A stretch of 64,000 nucleotides of DNA from Octopus sinensis (GCF_006345805.1 NC_043022.1:620001-684000); one strand, 5' to 3'. Positions 12,369 to 25,153 are shown, counted from the first letter of the stretch. Numbers and translations are program-made. Notes: generated by a model not told the origin, from the letters alone.

Positions 12369-12754
12369 AAAAAGTATGGGCAAGTGTGTGTGTGTAATGC
12401 TGAGGTATTGTGATGGTATTAACCTGGTGTTGAACTCCATATATATTATGCTTCTGAGCGAAGCGTTGGTTGTGTACTACTGGGCTGTCTTAAGAAAAAA
12501 CGATGACAGTTGTAAGCTAATGGAGTTCTTAATACGATAATCGTTTCTTCCTTTGTCATCTTTTTACTTATATATGTGTGTATTTAGATTTACACACACA
12601 CACACACACTTGCCTGTATACTCTGTAGAGTCTCAGGCTAAATTCAGAGTAGCAAAAGAGAGTGACATGACTCGACCAAAATACAATATTATATTATTAA
12701 TCCATACTATAATATCGAATACTCTTTTTTTTTTTCTGATAGTCAACACTAAAC

Positions 12755-12790
<36 letters not shown>

Positions 12791-12881
12791 TTTAATCTTC
12801 GGATTTTTAAAAAATATGCTAGGCTACTGGTTTTAATTGATTAATATCAATTTCTACCCTTATTTAATTATTTATGTATAT

Positions 12882-13559
12882 ATGTATAAAATTTGGTTAA
12901 TAGTTCCTTATGGTGCTCAAGTTAAAACGAACATTATTAAAGAGATTTTAGATATTATTGAACTATTTATTCGAGATAATCGTAAATATAAAAACATTTT
13001 CTCTAGTAATAATTTTGGAGTAGGTTATTCCACCACTAATAGTGTAGGTAACATTATTTCTTCTTTTAACAAATTTAAACTGAATAATTTTTATAAAAAT
13101 AAATTATATAATAATACCAATAATAAAGATAAGACACTAATTAACTGTACATGTAGAGATAAAACTAAATGTAAATTAAATAGTAAATGTGATATTAACG
13201 ATGTAGTGTATAAATGTATAGTTATATTACATGATGAGAATAATAAGAATAATAATAACTCAAACGCGATATATATAGGGTCCACTTCCTCTAAAAATAA
13301 AAACTTAATCAACTCTACTGGACTTAGCAAGTACATTTGGGGACTTAAATCCCAAAATATTAATTATAATTTATCTTGGGAAATAATTAGTAAGGCTAAA
13401 TCATATAGTATAGGAGCGAATTTTTGTTATTTATGTTCAAATGAGTTTAAGGAAATTTTATTTTATAAGCATGATAATTTAGTGAATACCTGTGATGAGC
13501 GCAAAATAAAATGCAGACACAAGTTACTTTACTTATATAATAAATTTCTTGATAAATAA
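12882..13559 (+). CDS. PLE C-terminal region with GIY-YIG-type endonuclease (225 aa from the first ATG); no RT; segment after YIG deleted
   Basis: Motifs W..VPY..VKTN, IF..N...YST, CxCx5Cx5C, VVYKC..YIGST, NSTGLSKYIWGLK, LSWEII, CYLCSNE, LVN, CRH, as typical of PLE endonuclease regions. Confidence 0.8.
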   Translation: MYKIWLIVPYGAQVKTNIIKEILDIIELFIRDNRKYKNIFSSNNFGVGYSTTNSVGNIISSFNKFKLNNFYKNKLYNNTNNKDKTLINCTCRDKTKCKLNSKCDINDVVYKCIVILHDENNKNNNNSNAIYIGSTSSKNKNLINSTGLSKYIWGLKSQNINYNLSWEIISKAKSYSIGANFCYLCSNEFKEILFYKHDNLVNTCDERKIKCRHKLLYLYNKFLDK

Positions 13560-13989
13560 TGAATATTTCTTAGCCTTAATTAGCTCCCTATTTGTTGTTT
13601 TATGTAATAGTATTCTAAATATAGCAGGTGATTTGTAGTACTTATTATATTAGTTTATTTTAGTTATTTAGGTTCTGTTTTTAATTATAGTTAGATTATA
13701 TATAGTTGTTCATTTTATTACTAAATATTTTATTACTAAATATATTTTTAATAAATATTTAATGATTTATTGAATATAGAGCCTGGTAAGTTACAATTTT
13801 ATTTATTTTGTTATATTTCTGTTATAACTTCGTTAAATTATAATTTTGTTATATTAATCTATTTGTATGTAATCTCTTTATATTTGAAATAGATTTATTT
13901 AGTTGTTTATTTAATCTTTTTTATTTAATATAGAAGTATAGATTAGTAGATTAATTATTTAGATTTAACTTAATATTTACCTCTATTTT

Positions 13990-14360
13990 GTATTGTAGTA
14001 TGACATTTATATATGTATTTATTATATGATATATGTGGTTGTGTGTGTATGTATATGTATGTATGTGTGTGCATATGTGTATGTGTGTATGTATATGTAT
14101 GTATGTATATATATATGTATATGTATGTATGTGTGTATTTATGTGTATGTGTGTATGTATATGTATGTATGTGTGTGCATATGTGTATGTGTGTATGTAT
14201 ATGTATGTATGTGTGTGCATATGTGTATGTGTGTGTATATATGTGTGTATATATGTATATGTATGTATGTGTGTATTTATGTGTATGTGTGTATGTATAT
14301 GTATGTATGTATATATGTATATGTATGTATATTTTTTTATATATTTATGTATACATATGT
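13990..14360. repeat. (TATG/TG)n compound microsatellite with higher-order duplications, inside the PLE remnant
   Basis: Direct reading; recurring GTGTGTGCATATGTGTATG block. Confidence 0.9.
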
Positions 14361-14860
14361 ATAGTTATACTACAAATTTTGATAAGTATTTATAGATTTG
14401 GTTATGATCACTAATTTTAGCTTATAACTATAAGAGCATGGGGAAAGACTTTATAGTATGATGAGGGGTTACTATATAAATAAATTTTTTTATATATTTA
14501 TTAATCATATAAGATTTTTAAATATATTTAATAATTAGTGGTTTTAATCATTTAAATTATTTAATTTATTTTGTATTAAGTATTATTTATCATAGTTATT
14601 TTATTAATAAATATTATAGTATAGAGAGATTTTATTCTTTATTTGTGACTTCATTCTATTTACAATGATAAACCATTAATTTTCCCATTCACAATCTCAT
14701 TGATAAAGCGTAGGTTCCTCACGCTTAATAATTCTTCAACAATTTATTCTTTTTTTTTTTTTGCTAATAACGTAATTCCACGAGTATTCTTATAAACGCT
14801 GTAAAGACGTTTTCCGATTCAAAATTTTAGTTCATTGCTGAACCTCGCTAAGATATTTCA

Positions 14861-14936
14861 ATTAACCTGAAGATTGACTGTAACCATAACTCGAATTATT
14901 ACGAATTGTACAGCCGTGAAACGATCGTAGTGTTTT
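14861..14936 (+). ncRNA. Type I hammerhead ribozyme in PLE pLTR, stem I weakened
   Basis: CTGAAGA 14867-14873; stem II TGACTGTA/TACAGCCG; GAAA 14918-14921; palindromic ACGATCGT; GUA triplet ending at 14929. Confidence 0.7.
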
Positions 14937-16405
14937 ACTCTTTATCTTTTATTAAACTTTTAATACTTTTGATATATATTTAAAATAATATAAATTAATT
15001 AATTTGGCTTATGTTTTTCATTGTTTGATTTGCCTAATAGTGGTTTTATCTCTAATTTAATATAATATAATATAATATATTTATACTATAAAATTGGATT
15101 TAATCCTAAATCTGATTTTTCCCTGTAAGTTTGGATTTATTCCCTAATATTTTATTATTAATATATATATACATACACACAAACACACAAGCTTAGATAG
15201 ATAGACATACATACATACAAACATACATACACTCACATGCTTTGATATAGATAGATAGATAGAAACACACACAACCATGCATACATATTAAAGTGATCGC
15301 TGGGTTTTTCGACTACCAAGTCGGATTACTGTTTCTGTTGATCACAAAGACAATCCAAATATGATCATCCCGTCATTTAGGCATTGTCTATCGTGGATTT
15401 ACAGCTGATTTACAGCTTTTCTTTCATCACCACGGTCATGTATGATTTGATAGCAATTTGGCTGTTATTTTTAGCACCTTAATCGACTGCTTGGGGGGGC
15501 TTTCTCCCAGTAACGGGGGGGGGGCTTGTTTATTTTTGATGTCTGATGCCTGGTTCTGGTGGTGATGGCGGATACGTGGTGACCTTAAAGCAATTGTCAC
15601 TGAGGATCGCTTCCTGTGCTAGCAATGTTTCTTTTGCTCCCCTCCTCGGTCACCTACTTCACTTGACCTCTGTCCATTTAACTAATCCATGTCTCCACTC
15701 TCGGCTTTCTGTCTCTCTCTTTCTCTCCTTCCTTCCCACACATTGTCTCCACCGCCTAGTCTGCACGACACACACTTTATTCTTCACACACACATTCAGA
15801 CACACGCATACACACACACACACATTCAGACACACTCTCTCACACACGCACACACGCTTTATATATATATATATATATACAAATACAATAAGAGGCTTCC
15901 AAATAGGAATGCCTTGTGCTAGAAAGAGCAGTAGAAAATTTCTTATTACCCTATCGCTCTCTAATACTCTCTTTACCACTCTTTTTCTCTTTTGCACACT
16001 CTCTCTCTCTCCACACACACACACGCGCGCGGACTTCATTATCTCTCTCTCTCCAATCAATCCCTTTCTTCACATCTTCAGTCTCTCTCTCTCCACACAC
16101 ACACACACGCACCACACAAGAGACCTTCTCTTCGGTCTACTTCCGAATTCCAACTTGTCCCCATCTCCTCCTACATCGATGTTTACTTCCTTGATTCTTC
16201 CTCCTCCTCCCTCTCTCTCTGTCTCTCTCTCTCTCTCCATTCCACCCCGCCACCACCTCCAATTCCTTCTTGGACGAACAGACAGACAGACAGACACTTT
16301 CAAATTTTCTTCCCAACAATTATTAACTTAAAAACGGTTCCTATGGCAAATATAAATTGTTGATATTAATAATAATGATTTATTTTAACATCTAACACAC
16401 ACACA

Positions 16406-16453
<48 letters not shown>

Positions 16454-16964
16454 TATTATATAGAGATATACATTAGTGTGTATGTATGTATATATCTATA
16501 TATATATATATCTTTCTCCGTGTTAAAAAGAAAACCGGTTGTTTAATATGCCAACCTGTGTATACTTTAAACTTCTTTCTGAAACACGTTTCTATATTTA
16601 GGTTTATATACAACCATGCGTATGTATGTATAGAAATGTGTGTAAGTGTGTGTTTGTGTATTATTGTTATTGTGCTTATAAATGATTTTGTTTTATGCAT
16701 GCGTGTGTGGTTTTTATAATTCTGAGTGTATAAATGTGTCACAATGAGTGTGTATATATATGTGTGTGTGTCACACTGAGTACATATATATATATTATAT
16801 ATATATATATATGGAGAGAGAGAGAGAGAAAAACAATTATTATAGATGTGGGTATTTGTGGACATTAATTCACACACCCGGTTGCTGTACTCTTGTTGAC
16901 GTATATCTTCCTCATATGTCAACGTAAACAGAAGCCTCTGTGTGTGTGTGTGTGTGTACGCATG

Positions 16965-17002
<38 letters not shown>

Positions 17003-17021
17003 GTGTGTACGCATGTATGTG

Positions 17022-17066
<45 letters not shown>

Positions 17067-17123
17067 AGGTTAATATATATAGTTTAAGACCCGGTCACGA
17101 AAACAGTGTATGTGTGTGTACAT

Positions 17124-17160
<37 letters not shown>

Positions 17161-17164
<4 letters not shown>

Positions 17165-17345
17165 TTAGCTGGCCGAAATTTCGGAGTCACTGTCAACAAC
17201 GTTCTTGTATAATAAGAATGGTAAATTTGTACTCTACAAAAGTATAGAGAAACCGATCAGCTTAATGCGAAATTGTCTTAATTATAATTGAACATACAAA
17301 CATTAATATTTACTTATATTTGTCTATACGTAAATATACATATTA
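17161..17345 (+). mobile_element. HHR repeat family K, 5' half of the ribozyme lost at a (TA)n tract
   Basis: GGCT-tagct-GGCC-GAAA-tttcgga-GTC-ACTGTC; homologous to 33790-33930 and 40714-40830. Confidence 0.65.
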
Positions 17346-17347
17346 CG

Positions 17348-17393
<46 letters not shown>

Positions 17394-17404
17394 CGCACCG
17401 AGAC

Positions 17405-17703
17405 GATGACTAGTAACCGTGACTGAGGCCTTTGGCAATTTGCTGTGCTTGAGTAGAAGACCCGTCAAACCCAATTAAAATCGTAATCGTGACAAATGCT
17501 GGTGTCACGCAAATTGACAGCCATGCCGGTGGCACATAAAAACACCCATTACACTCTCGGAGTGGTCAGCGTTAGGAAGGGCATCCAGCGGTGGAAAACC
17601 ATGCCAAATCAGACTGGAGTCTGGTGCAGTCTCTCAGCTTACCAGCCCTGGTCAAACTAACCAACCCATGCCAGCATGGAAAACGGATATTAAATGATGA
17701 TAA
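17405..17703 (+). mobile_element. SINE family E
   Basis: Homologous to 9310-9600 and 59200-59557. Confidence 0.75.
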
Positions 17704-17732
17704 TGTCTCTCTCTCTCTATATATATATATAT

Positions 17733-18116
17733 ATTCTTTTACTTGTTTCAGTTACTTGACCGTGGTCATGCGGGAGAACCACCTTTAGTTGAGCAAATCG
17801 ATCCCAGGACTTATTCTTTCTAAGCCCAGTACTTATTCTATTGGTCTCTTTTGCTGAACTACTAAGTTACAGGGATGTAAACACACCAACATCAGTTGTC
17901 AAGCGATGGTGGGGAGGACAAACACAAATAACAAACACACATACATATATATATATATGATGGGCTTCTTTCAATTTCCGTCTACCAAATGCACCCAAGG
18001 CTTTAATCAGCATGAGGCTATAGTAGAAGACACTTGCCCAAGGTGCCATGCAGTGGGACTGAACCCAGAACCATGTGGCTGGGAAGCAAGCTTCTTACCA
18101 CACAGCCACTCCTGTA

Positions 18117-18119
<3 letters not shown>
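17733..18119 (-). mobile_element. SINE family A
   Basis: Homologous to 10358-10762. Confidence 0.85.
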
Positions 18120-18150
<31 letters not shown>

Positions 18151-18155
<5 letters not shown>

Positions 18156-18336
18156 TTTGGAATGGAAATTTCTCTCTATTTCTTTACCGTATGACAAAGG
18201 TAAACATTTCTGGTCGCTTTGTAATAGTGAAATGTTTTATATTCCATTCTCAAAGAATCCCCTTGTAAACACATTTATAGAATGTGTTTATCATTGCAAA
18301 CATTGGCAGAAACATACCTTTAGTTCCTATAAGTGA
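18151..18336 (+). pseudogene. 5'-truncated PLE endonuclease C-terminus
   Basis: INLEWKFLSISLPYDKGKHFWSLCNSE..LVNTFIECVYHCKH aligns with NLSWEIISKAKSYSIGANFCYLCSNE..LVNTCDERKIKCRH of the 12882 ORF. Confidence 0.75.
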
Positions 18337-18500
18337 TTTCTACCATTCTGTATAATTTGACCTTTGATTGTCATCTTACATTTCACTTCACTAAATATAT
18401 CTAATTCCACGATCTTAAGCTTTATTCTAATTAAGAGCATTCCCTTCATCGTTATACGCAGTCATTACATTCTGTTAAAATGCCTAATTTATGTGTTTGG

Positions 18501-18600
18501 TTTCTTTCCCTGATGAGGAGATTGCATTATTTTACACCATTTTATTCCTTCTCGAATAATACCAATGTTGTCTTCAAAACATATGTCGGAAGTAAAAGAA
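18501..18600 (+). ncRNA. Type I hammerhead ribozyme with G12A and a long loop II
   Basis: TTCC/GGAA stem I; CTGATGA 18510-18516; GGAG/CTTC stem II closing a ~50-nt loop; AAAAC instead of GAAAC; palindromic ACATATGT; GUC triplet. Confidence 0.7.
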
Positions 18601-18904
18601 TTTGAATAACACCTGCGTTTAACTCCATTTATTTTTATATATATATATATATATTGTTGCTATTCTGTAAAAGTGTCGCAAGTCCATAACATTAATTTTT
18701 AGTAAGACAAAAAAGTAGTTTCACCATTCCATAGCAAAACCGTTGTACTACACTTTGACAATTTTTGATATTTTGGCATCTGAAGCAGCTGGAGATACGA
18801 TAGTTTAACCAAAAGAACTGGCTATTGCAAGCAAAAAAAATATTGAAAAAAGCTCATTTGGACAAATGACAGTTTAATATAATAGCAACGATACAACAAT
18901 AAAA

Positions 18905-19265
18905 AAATCAAATCAAATGGAAATTGTAGTGTGACACCCCCCCCCCGTGCCGGTAGGACATAAAAAGCACCATCCAAATGTGGCCAATGCCAGTGCCTCT
19001 TTGACTGGCTTCCATGCCGGTGGCGCATAAAAACCACGATCAGATGGTCGTGGTTGATGCCAACTCCTCTGGCCCCAGTGCCAGTGGCACATAAAAAGCA
19101 CCAACTACACACTTGGAGTGGTTGGCATTAGGAAGGGCTTCTAGCTGTAGAAATATTACCAGATCAGACTGGAGCCTGGTGCGGCCTCCTGGCTTCCCAG
19201 ACCCTGCTCAAACCATCCAACCCATGCCAGCATGGAAAACGGACGTTAAACAATGATGATGATGA
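18905..19265 (+). mobile_element. SINE family E
   Basis: Same motifs and (GAT)n tail. Confidence 0.8.
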
Positions 19266-19324
19266 TATATATATGTATATAGAGAGAGAGGGAGTGGGGG
19301 TATTTATGTATGTTTGTTAGGCCC

Positions 19325-19555
19325 CTTGCTTAGACATCATGCGATTGTTCTAGATGAGTGTCGTCATCATACAGTTGATGTTGTTTATTTCCAGTTGTCA
19401 ATGCAAAACATGTCCAATGAAGGGGAAAATATTGCCTTGTTTGGAAACAGGTGAGGCTTGGTGACTGGAAGAGCATCTGGCTGTAGAAAATCTGTCTCAA
19501 CAAATTCCATCCGATCCATGCAAACATGGAAAAGTGGACGTTAGATGATGATGGT
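19325..19555 (+). mobile_element. SINE family F
   Basis: GGAAACAGGTGAGG..GTAGAAAATCTG..GGAAAAGTGGACGTTAGATGATGATG. Confidence 0.8.
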
Positions 19556-20746
19556 GAGAATTCTGTTACAGAATAAGAATGAAATAAAAATAAAATGGGG
19601 GGTGGCGTGGGGGGAACAACACCCATTCCTTGTTCTGTCAGTCAGTCAACATGGCTGAATGTTTTAATGGTTTGGTTTGCAATCACCTGGTCCCAGGTTC
19701 AGTCCTACTGTTTGGCATCTTGAGTATGTTTATTTTACCACAACCTCAGTTCTGTCCAAGATTTGGGTGGTAGATGGAAACTGTGCAGAAGCCCATCAAA
19801 TGGATTCAATGGTTCAGCTCTGTCACGTGCTCTGATGCTGCCTCTCCTTGGGAATTACACTAAGAGTACACATTTCTGTGGAGTACTCAGCCAGCCTGCA
19901 CAATCACTTATTCGATAAAACAATAGATTTGCATGTTGTTGAAATCGATGGAGATCCATTTATGGGATAGAGTGTAAGAGTCGGATCACCAGTGTTGATT
20001 GATATACAGGAACCAACGAAGGAGTAGCACTGGGGAAGGAAGGCACAGGAACCAGTTTGTATTTTGGTGGGAAATGGTGGTGGTAGAGGGGTCACACTTC
20101 TGGCTTCCCCTTGTAAAACTTCCTAAAAGATAACAAACAGCAGAGAGTGAAAGAGGAAAGAATTGAAGGAGGAGAGGAAGCCAGAACACTCCCTGATTCT
20201 TCCAGCAGAAGGTGTAACATATTAGCATTTCCTTTAGTTTCTGGAATCTGAGAACGAGAATAGTTTCACATCTCTGAGTGCGGCTGCAAGTCTGTGCCTA
20301 CATGTGCATACATTATTTCATTCATTTGTTTTGCTTGTGGCTAGCATGGGTTGGGGGAAATACTTCTCTGAGGCAGTAGCTTCCAGCCAGTCGCACAAAC
20401 CCTCACTGCTTTGTGAGTGTCCTGTGAAAGGAAAAGGCTACAGGGAGCCAACCTTGATGATAAATCAAGGAGTGAAGTCCCTCATATGATCTGCTCCCCT
20501 TTTTTGATACCCTTCTGGTAACTCTAGGATCAGTGGAGATCTTCAGCCCTGTAAGGCAGTTCATCTTAGAGAAGGTCACTCCACTGTAAAACTTAGAGGT
20601 GTTGGTCGCTGCACTGAACTCCTGTAATCGGACCCGGACCTCCAAATATAAAAAGTGGGATCAGATTGTACAGACTGACTCCCATTTTAAAACTACCGAG
20701 CACAGACTAAGAGAAAAACCCTGCAGTGTCAAGGACCAGTTTACAT

Positions 20747-21082
20747 CAGGGGTTCTCAATTATTTTTTATCTATGGACCCCTTTGATTACAATCTTATTC
20801 TGGTGGACCTCTGTAGCCATTCAATGTTTAAAAACTAGTTTTATAGAAATTCCTATTTAATTCTTCAAATATTAACTCATGTAGGTTGAACTCCATAAAA
20901 TATTAGAGAAAAAAACAAGAGCCGTTTCTTGCAATACATATCAATACATCTAAAGCCAATTCTTTTTCCTGGAACCCTTAAAATACTATTGTGGATCTCC
21001 AATTTACTATTCTGTTGCATGGACCCCCAAAAACCTTATATGGTATCTCATGGGTTATATGGACCCCGGTTGAGAACCAGCA
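20747..21082. mobile_element. hAT-like MITE
   Basis: CAGGGGTTCTCAA / TTGAGAACCAGCA ends; perfect 8-bp TSD GTTTACAT (20739-20746, 21083-21090). Confidence 0.85.
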
Positions 21083-21511
21083 GTTTACATAGACATGTGA
21101 GGGCATGCCACTTTTTTTCATAATCTCTGGACACAAAGAAACTACCATCATACACGATGTATATTGTGTGCATGAGAGAGAGAGAGAGAGTTAAAACTCT
21201 GGTATTGACTTCCTATTTTCCTTCAGTGTCTACTTAGCATAGTTGTTGCTAAAAAAAACTACCAAAACCAAAAAGCAAAACAACAGATTTCCAATGTTTC
21301 CTCCATTGCAGTTGTTCCCCCCCCCCAATCCTGCCTTCTCCTCGCATATTCATTATTTCAACTTGCTGTTGTTGTCGACAATTATTACTCGTGGTGTTAT
21401 AGTGTGACTGAGGAAATAGGGGACTGGAGGTACGTCCAGTTCAGGATCTTGGTGTGGTGGACTCCAGTCTTTCCTCGGTATTACTTCACCATAAAACATG
21501 TACCAGTTGCT

Positions 21512-22032
21512 ACTGATACCAACCCAGCTGAAACCACCTCTGGCTCTGTTGAACAAATGTTTTCAAAAGTTCTGAATTAAAATCTTACACCGAACCTTGG
21601 TTACAATTTCTGTTCCTAACACTAGCTTTTTCCTAAATTCTTTCTTATATTTATAATTAGTTAAAAGAAACACAGAGCATCTCAATAGAAATATGGTAAC
21701 AAAAGAGTTAAAGACTGTCGGTCGAATGTGTCTTCAATTTGCACAAGATTTGGCTGCTATTTCTAACAAATATAGCATCTATGTGAAACAAAATCTGCAA
21801 ATTACCGCTTTTGATACCAACCCACCTGAAACCACCTCTGGCTCTGTAATACAAATGTCTTTGCTTTCAAAAGTTCTGAATTAAATTCTTCCACCAAACC
21901 TTAGTCACAATCTATGTTCCTATCATTAGCTTAATGATAACTAAGTTATTTTACTAAATTCTTTGTTATATTTAAAATTAATCGAAAGAAACACAGAGCA
22001 TCTCAACAGAAACATGGTAATGAAAGGGTTAA
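21512..22032. mobile_element. Two tandem copies of a piggyBac-like MITE (GATACCAACCC.. family)
   Basis: Copies at ~21512-21711 and ~21808-22032, each ending GGTAA(C/T)(A/G)AAAG(A/G)G-TTAA. Confidence 0.75.
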
Positions 22033-22051
22033 TCCCACCTCCACTCTGGTG

Positions 22052-22082
<31 letters not shown>

Positions 22083-22435
22083 TGTGTGTGTGTAATCTAG
22101 TATGGCCACAGTCCAATGACTGAAACATGTGAAAGATAAAAAGATATATATGTATATGTAAGCATGTATATGTGTATACAGCATTAATATCGTCCACCTT
22201 AACCTGCCAGCATGAGCAAGATGAAATCCGTTGCAGGTGGATGCTCTTCCTGTCACCAACCCTCACTTTCAAACCTGAGCAGCACAGTGTCCAGATGCAT
22301 TTTCATGAAAGATTGGGAAGCAAAGAAAACCATTTGCATGACGGGGATCTTTCTTTGGAATTGGTGTGCAGTGTCAAAACAAGAGACACATGTGCACACA
22401 CACACACACACACATATGTATATCTTTTTTTTTTC

Positions 22436-22955
22436 TTTTTTACTTGTTTCAGCCATTAGGTTGCGACCATGCTAGGGCACCACTTGAAGGGTTTTAGGCA
22501 AACAAATCAACCTTTTTATTTTTTTTAATGCCTAGTACTTACTCTGTCAGTATCTTTTGCCGAACTGCTAAGTTATGGAGATATAAGCACACGAACACCA
22601 GTTGTCAAGCAGTGGTGGAGGACACACAGACACTAAAACACACATACATGTGTGTGCTTGTGACGAGCTTCTTTCAGTTACCAAATCCACTCAGAAGACT
22701 TTATTTAAGCCTGGGGCTGTAGTAAAAGACATTTGCTCAAGGTACCACATAGTGGGCCTGGACCCAGAATAATATGGTTTCGAAGCAAGCTTCTTATTTC
22801 CTTATTGCCCACAAGGGGCTAAACATAGAGGGGACAAACAAGGACAGACAATGGGATTAAGTCGATTACATCGACTCCAAAGGATGAAAGACAAAGTCGA
22901 CCTTGGCTGAATTTGAACTCAGAACATAACGGCAGACGAAATAGCGCTAAGCAAT
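22436..22955 (-). mobile_element. SINE family A copy followed by a SINE family G copy
   Basis: Homologous to 10358-10762 and 12150-12368. Confidence 0.75.
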
Positions 22956-23523
22956 GAGGCATTGGTCAGTCTGAGGCTGTAGTAGACACATGTGCAATGG
23001 GACTGGACTACATGGTTGCCAAACAGATTTCCTAACTACTCAACCATCTCCATACATATGCCATGTACCAGTAATATATCCTGATCATTTTTACCCCTCA
23101 CCAGAATAGTTCTTGTTGTGTCTTATGAACAGTAAACAATCCTATTACAGCATTTAGCACACACACACACACATACACACACACATGACACTCTTGTTAG
23201 AACGGATATTGGAGCAGACCAAAGTAAATCTGTGTTGAGTGGGTGACTGTTAAGTGTTGAGTTCTCACTACCAAATCTCAGCCTCAGTGTTATCTTGTTG
23301 CCTTCCAATTTTCATTAATATTTCAATGATTCAGATTCAGTTTCTTTGCATGGCATCTTGGGATCTTGGGCAAGTGTATTCTATTATAGCCCTAGGCTGG
23401 CCAAAGCCTTGTGGGTTGATTTGGTAGATGGAAACTGAAAGAAGAAGCCTGTCTGTGACCACATGTGTACCGTTGGCGATTTTTTCCTCCGTCTTCCCTT
23501 CTCTGGATCTTTCCTTTTCCTAT

Positions 23524-23558
23524 GTTTCTGACGAAGAGCTCCGTTCAAAACGTTAGAC
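23524..23558 (+). ncRNA. Minimal type I hammerhead ribozyme with G12A
   Basis: GTTT/AGAC stem I; CTGACGA(A); GAGC-tcc-GTTC; AAAA instead of GAAA; ACGT palindrome; GUU triplet; lies in repeat 23460-23660 ending at (TA)n. Confidence 0.7.
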
Positions 23559-23682
23559 CCTCCTTCTTTCCTTCCTTCCTGAGCGTCCAATAATACTATA
23601 TTTGTTCTACGTCCTCGCGTTGTTGTGTTTTCTCTTTGTGTTTTCATGTTTGGATTAACTATATATATATATATATATATAA

Positions 23683-23715
<33 letters not shown>

Positions 23716-23744
23716 AATATATACATATATATATATATATATAA

Positions 23745-23816
<72 letters not shown>

Positions 23817-24942
23817 CACCAGAGTAAGCACATAAATGTGAAGCTCATTTCCTCTTTTCAGTCATTTGATTGCAGTCATGCTGGAGCACCACCTTTAGTC
23901 GAGAAAATCAACCCCAGGACTTAGATCTACTGAGACGTCCTAGGCATGTTGGTCATGCCTGTTGTGTTTCAGTCACCCATTAGTCCCAAAAATTACATGT
24001 CCAACCCGTGCTAGCACGGAAAACGCACGTTAAATGATGATGATGATGATAATGTATGTATATATTATTAATCATCATCATCATCATCATTTAACGCCAG
24101 CTTTGGACGATTTGACTGAGGGCTGCACCAGGCTCTGGCAGTGTTTTCTACAGCTGGATGCCCTTCCTAACGCCAACCACTCTGAGAGTGTAGTGGGTGC
24201 TTATACATGCCGCCAGCACAAGGGCCAGTCTGGCGGTACTGGCAACTATATATATTGTGTGTGTTATTTCCTGCTTGAGTTGACATCTGACAGCTGTGTG
24301 CATCACTGTGATGCAAGCAGAGTCCTTTGTTTCCAATCTTCTGAGATATGTCTGGCCACGGGGAAATATTATACTGTACATGGGAACAGGTAGGGGTTGG
24401 TGACAGGAAAGGCATCCTGTCACAGAAAATCTGCCTCAACAAATTCTGTCTGACCCATGCAAGCATGGAAAAGTGGACAATACAATGATGAGGATGATGA
24501 TTAGGTGCCTTCCATCCTTGTATTTTACTTCATGGCTTCAAAGAAGTGTAGTAATCCAAAGATGAATGTGACCCTGTCTACAAAAAGCTGGGAGAGACTG
24601 ACTTGGTGATGAGTTTAGTGTATGAAATGCTTGAGCAAGAAGTTTACCTTATCCATAATTTAATGTCATTGGTGCAAATTGTAAATCATTTCCTGTTGGT
24701 GTGAGGAAGCATGTTAGAGTTGCAAAAGATAGATTTTTGTTTTATGGAGTCAGTGATGATGGCATTTATGCATCAACAATCTTATTGTGGCAAAAGTCCT
24801 TGCTAACCTGGCTGAGCATCTGGACATTGAGACTTTGAAAACTAGGGACAAGTGTTTATGGCAGTCTAGAAGTCACTGTCAGGTTGTCTAAGGAGTTGAA
24901 CAACATCTGGTGAACACAAGATAAATTGTTGCAAAGACTACC

Positions 24943-25153
24943 TTAACCCTTTCGTTACCATATTTCTGTTGAGATTCTCTGTGTGTCTTTCAATTAATTT
25001 TAGTAAAATAACTTAGTTATCATTAAGCTAATGATAGGAACATAAATTGTGACCAAGGTTTGGAGGAAGATTTTAATTTGGAACTTTTGAAAACAAGACA
25101 TTTGTACTCAGAGCCAGAGGCAGCTTCAGATGGGTTAGTATTGAAAGGATTAA
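24943..25153. mobile_element. piggyBac-like MITE
   Basis: TTAA-CCCTTTCGTTACC..GTATTGAAAGGA-TTAA. Confidence 0.8.

Larger units (their letters stand above)
12785..15165 (+). mobile_element. Penelope-like element remnant: EN ORF, AT-rich 3' region and HHR-bearing pLTR, bounded by (TA)n
   Basis: GIY-YIG ORF at 12882-13559, same-strand HHR at 14861-14936, TA tracts at both ends. Confidence 0.7.

Noticed and set aside
15546-16331. 261-aa ORF
   Set aside because: Mostly CT/CA microsatellite translation
19900-20700. Possible RTE-type LINE relic on the minus strand
   Set aside because: Only a vague AAL..V motif; not enough to call
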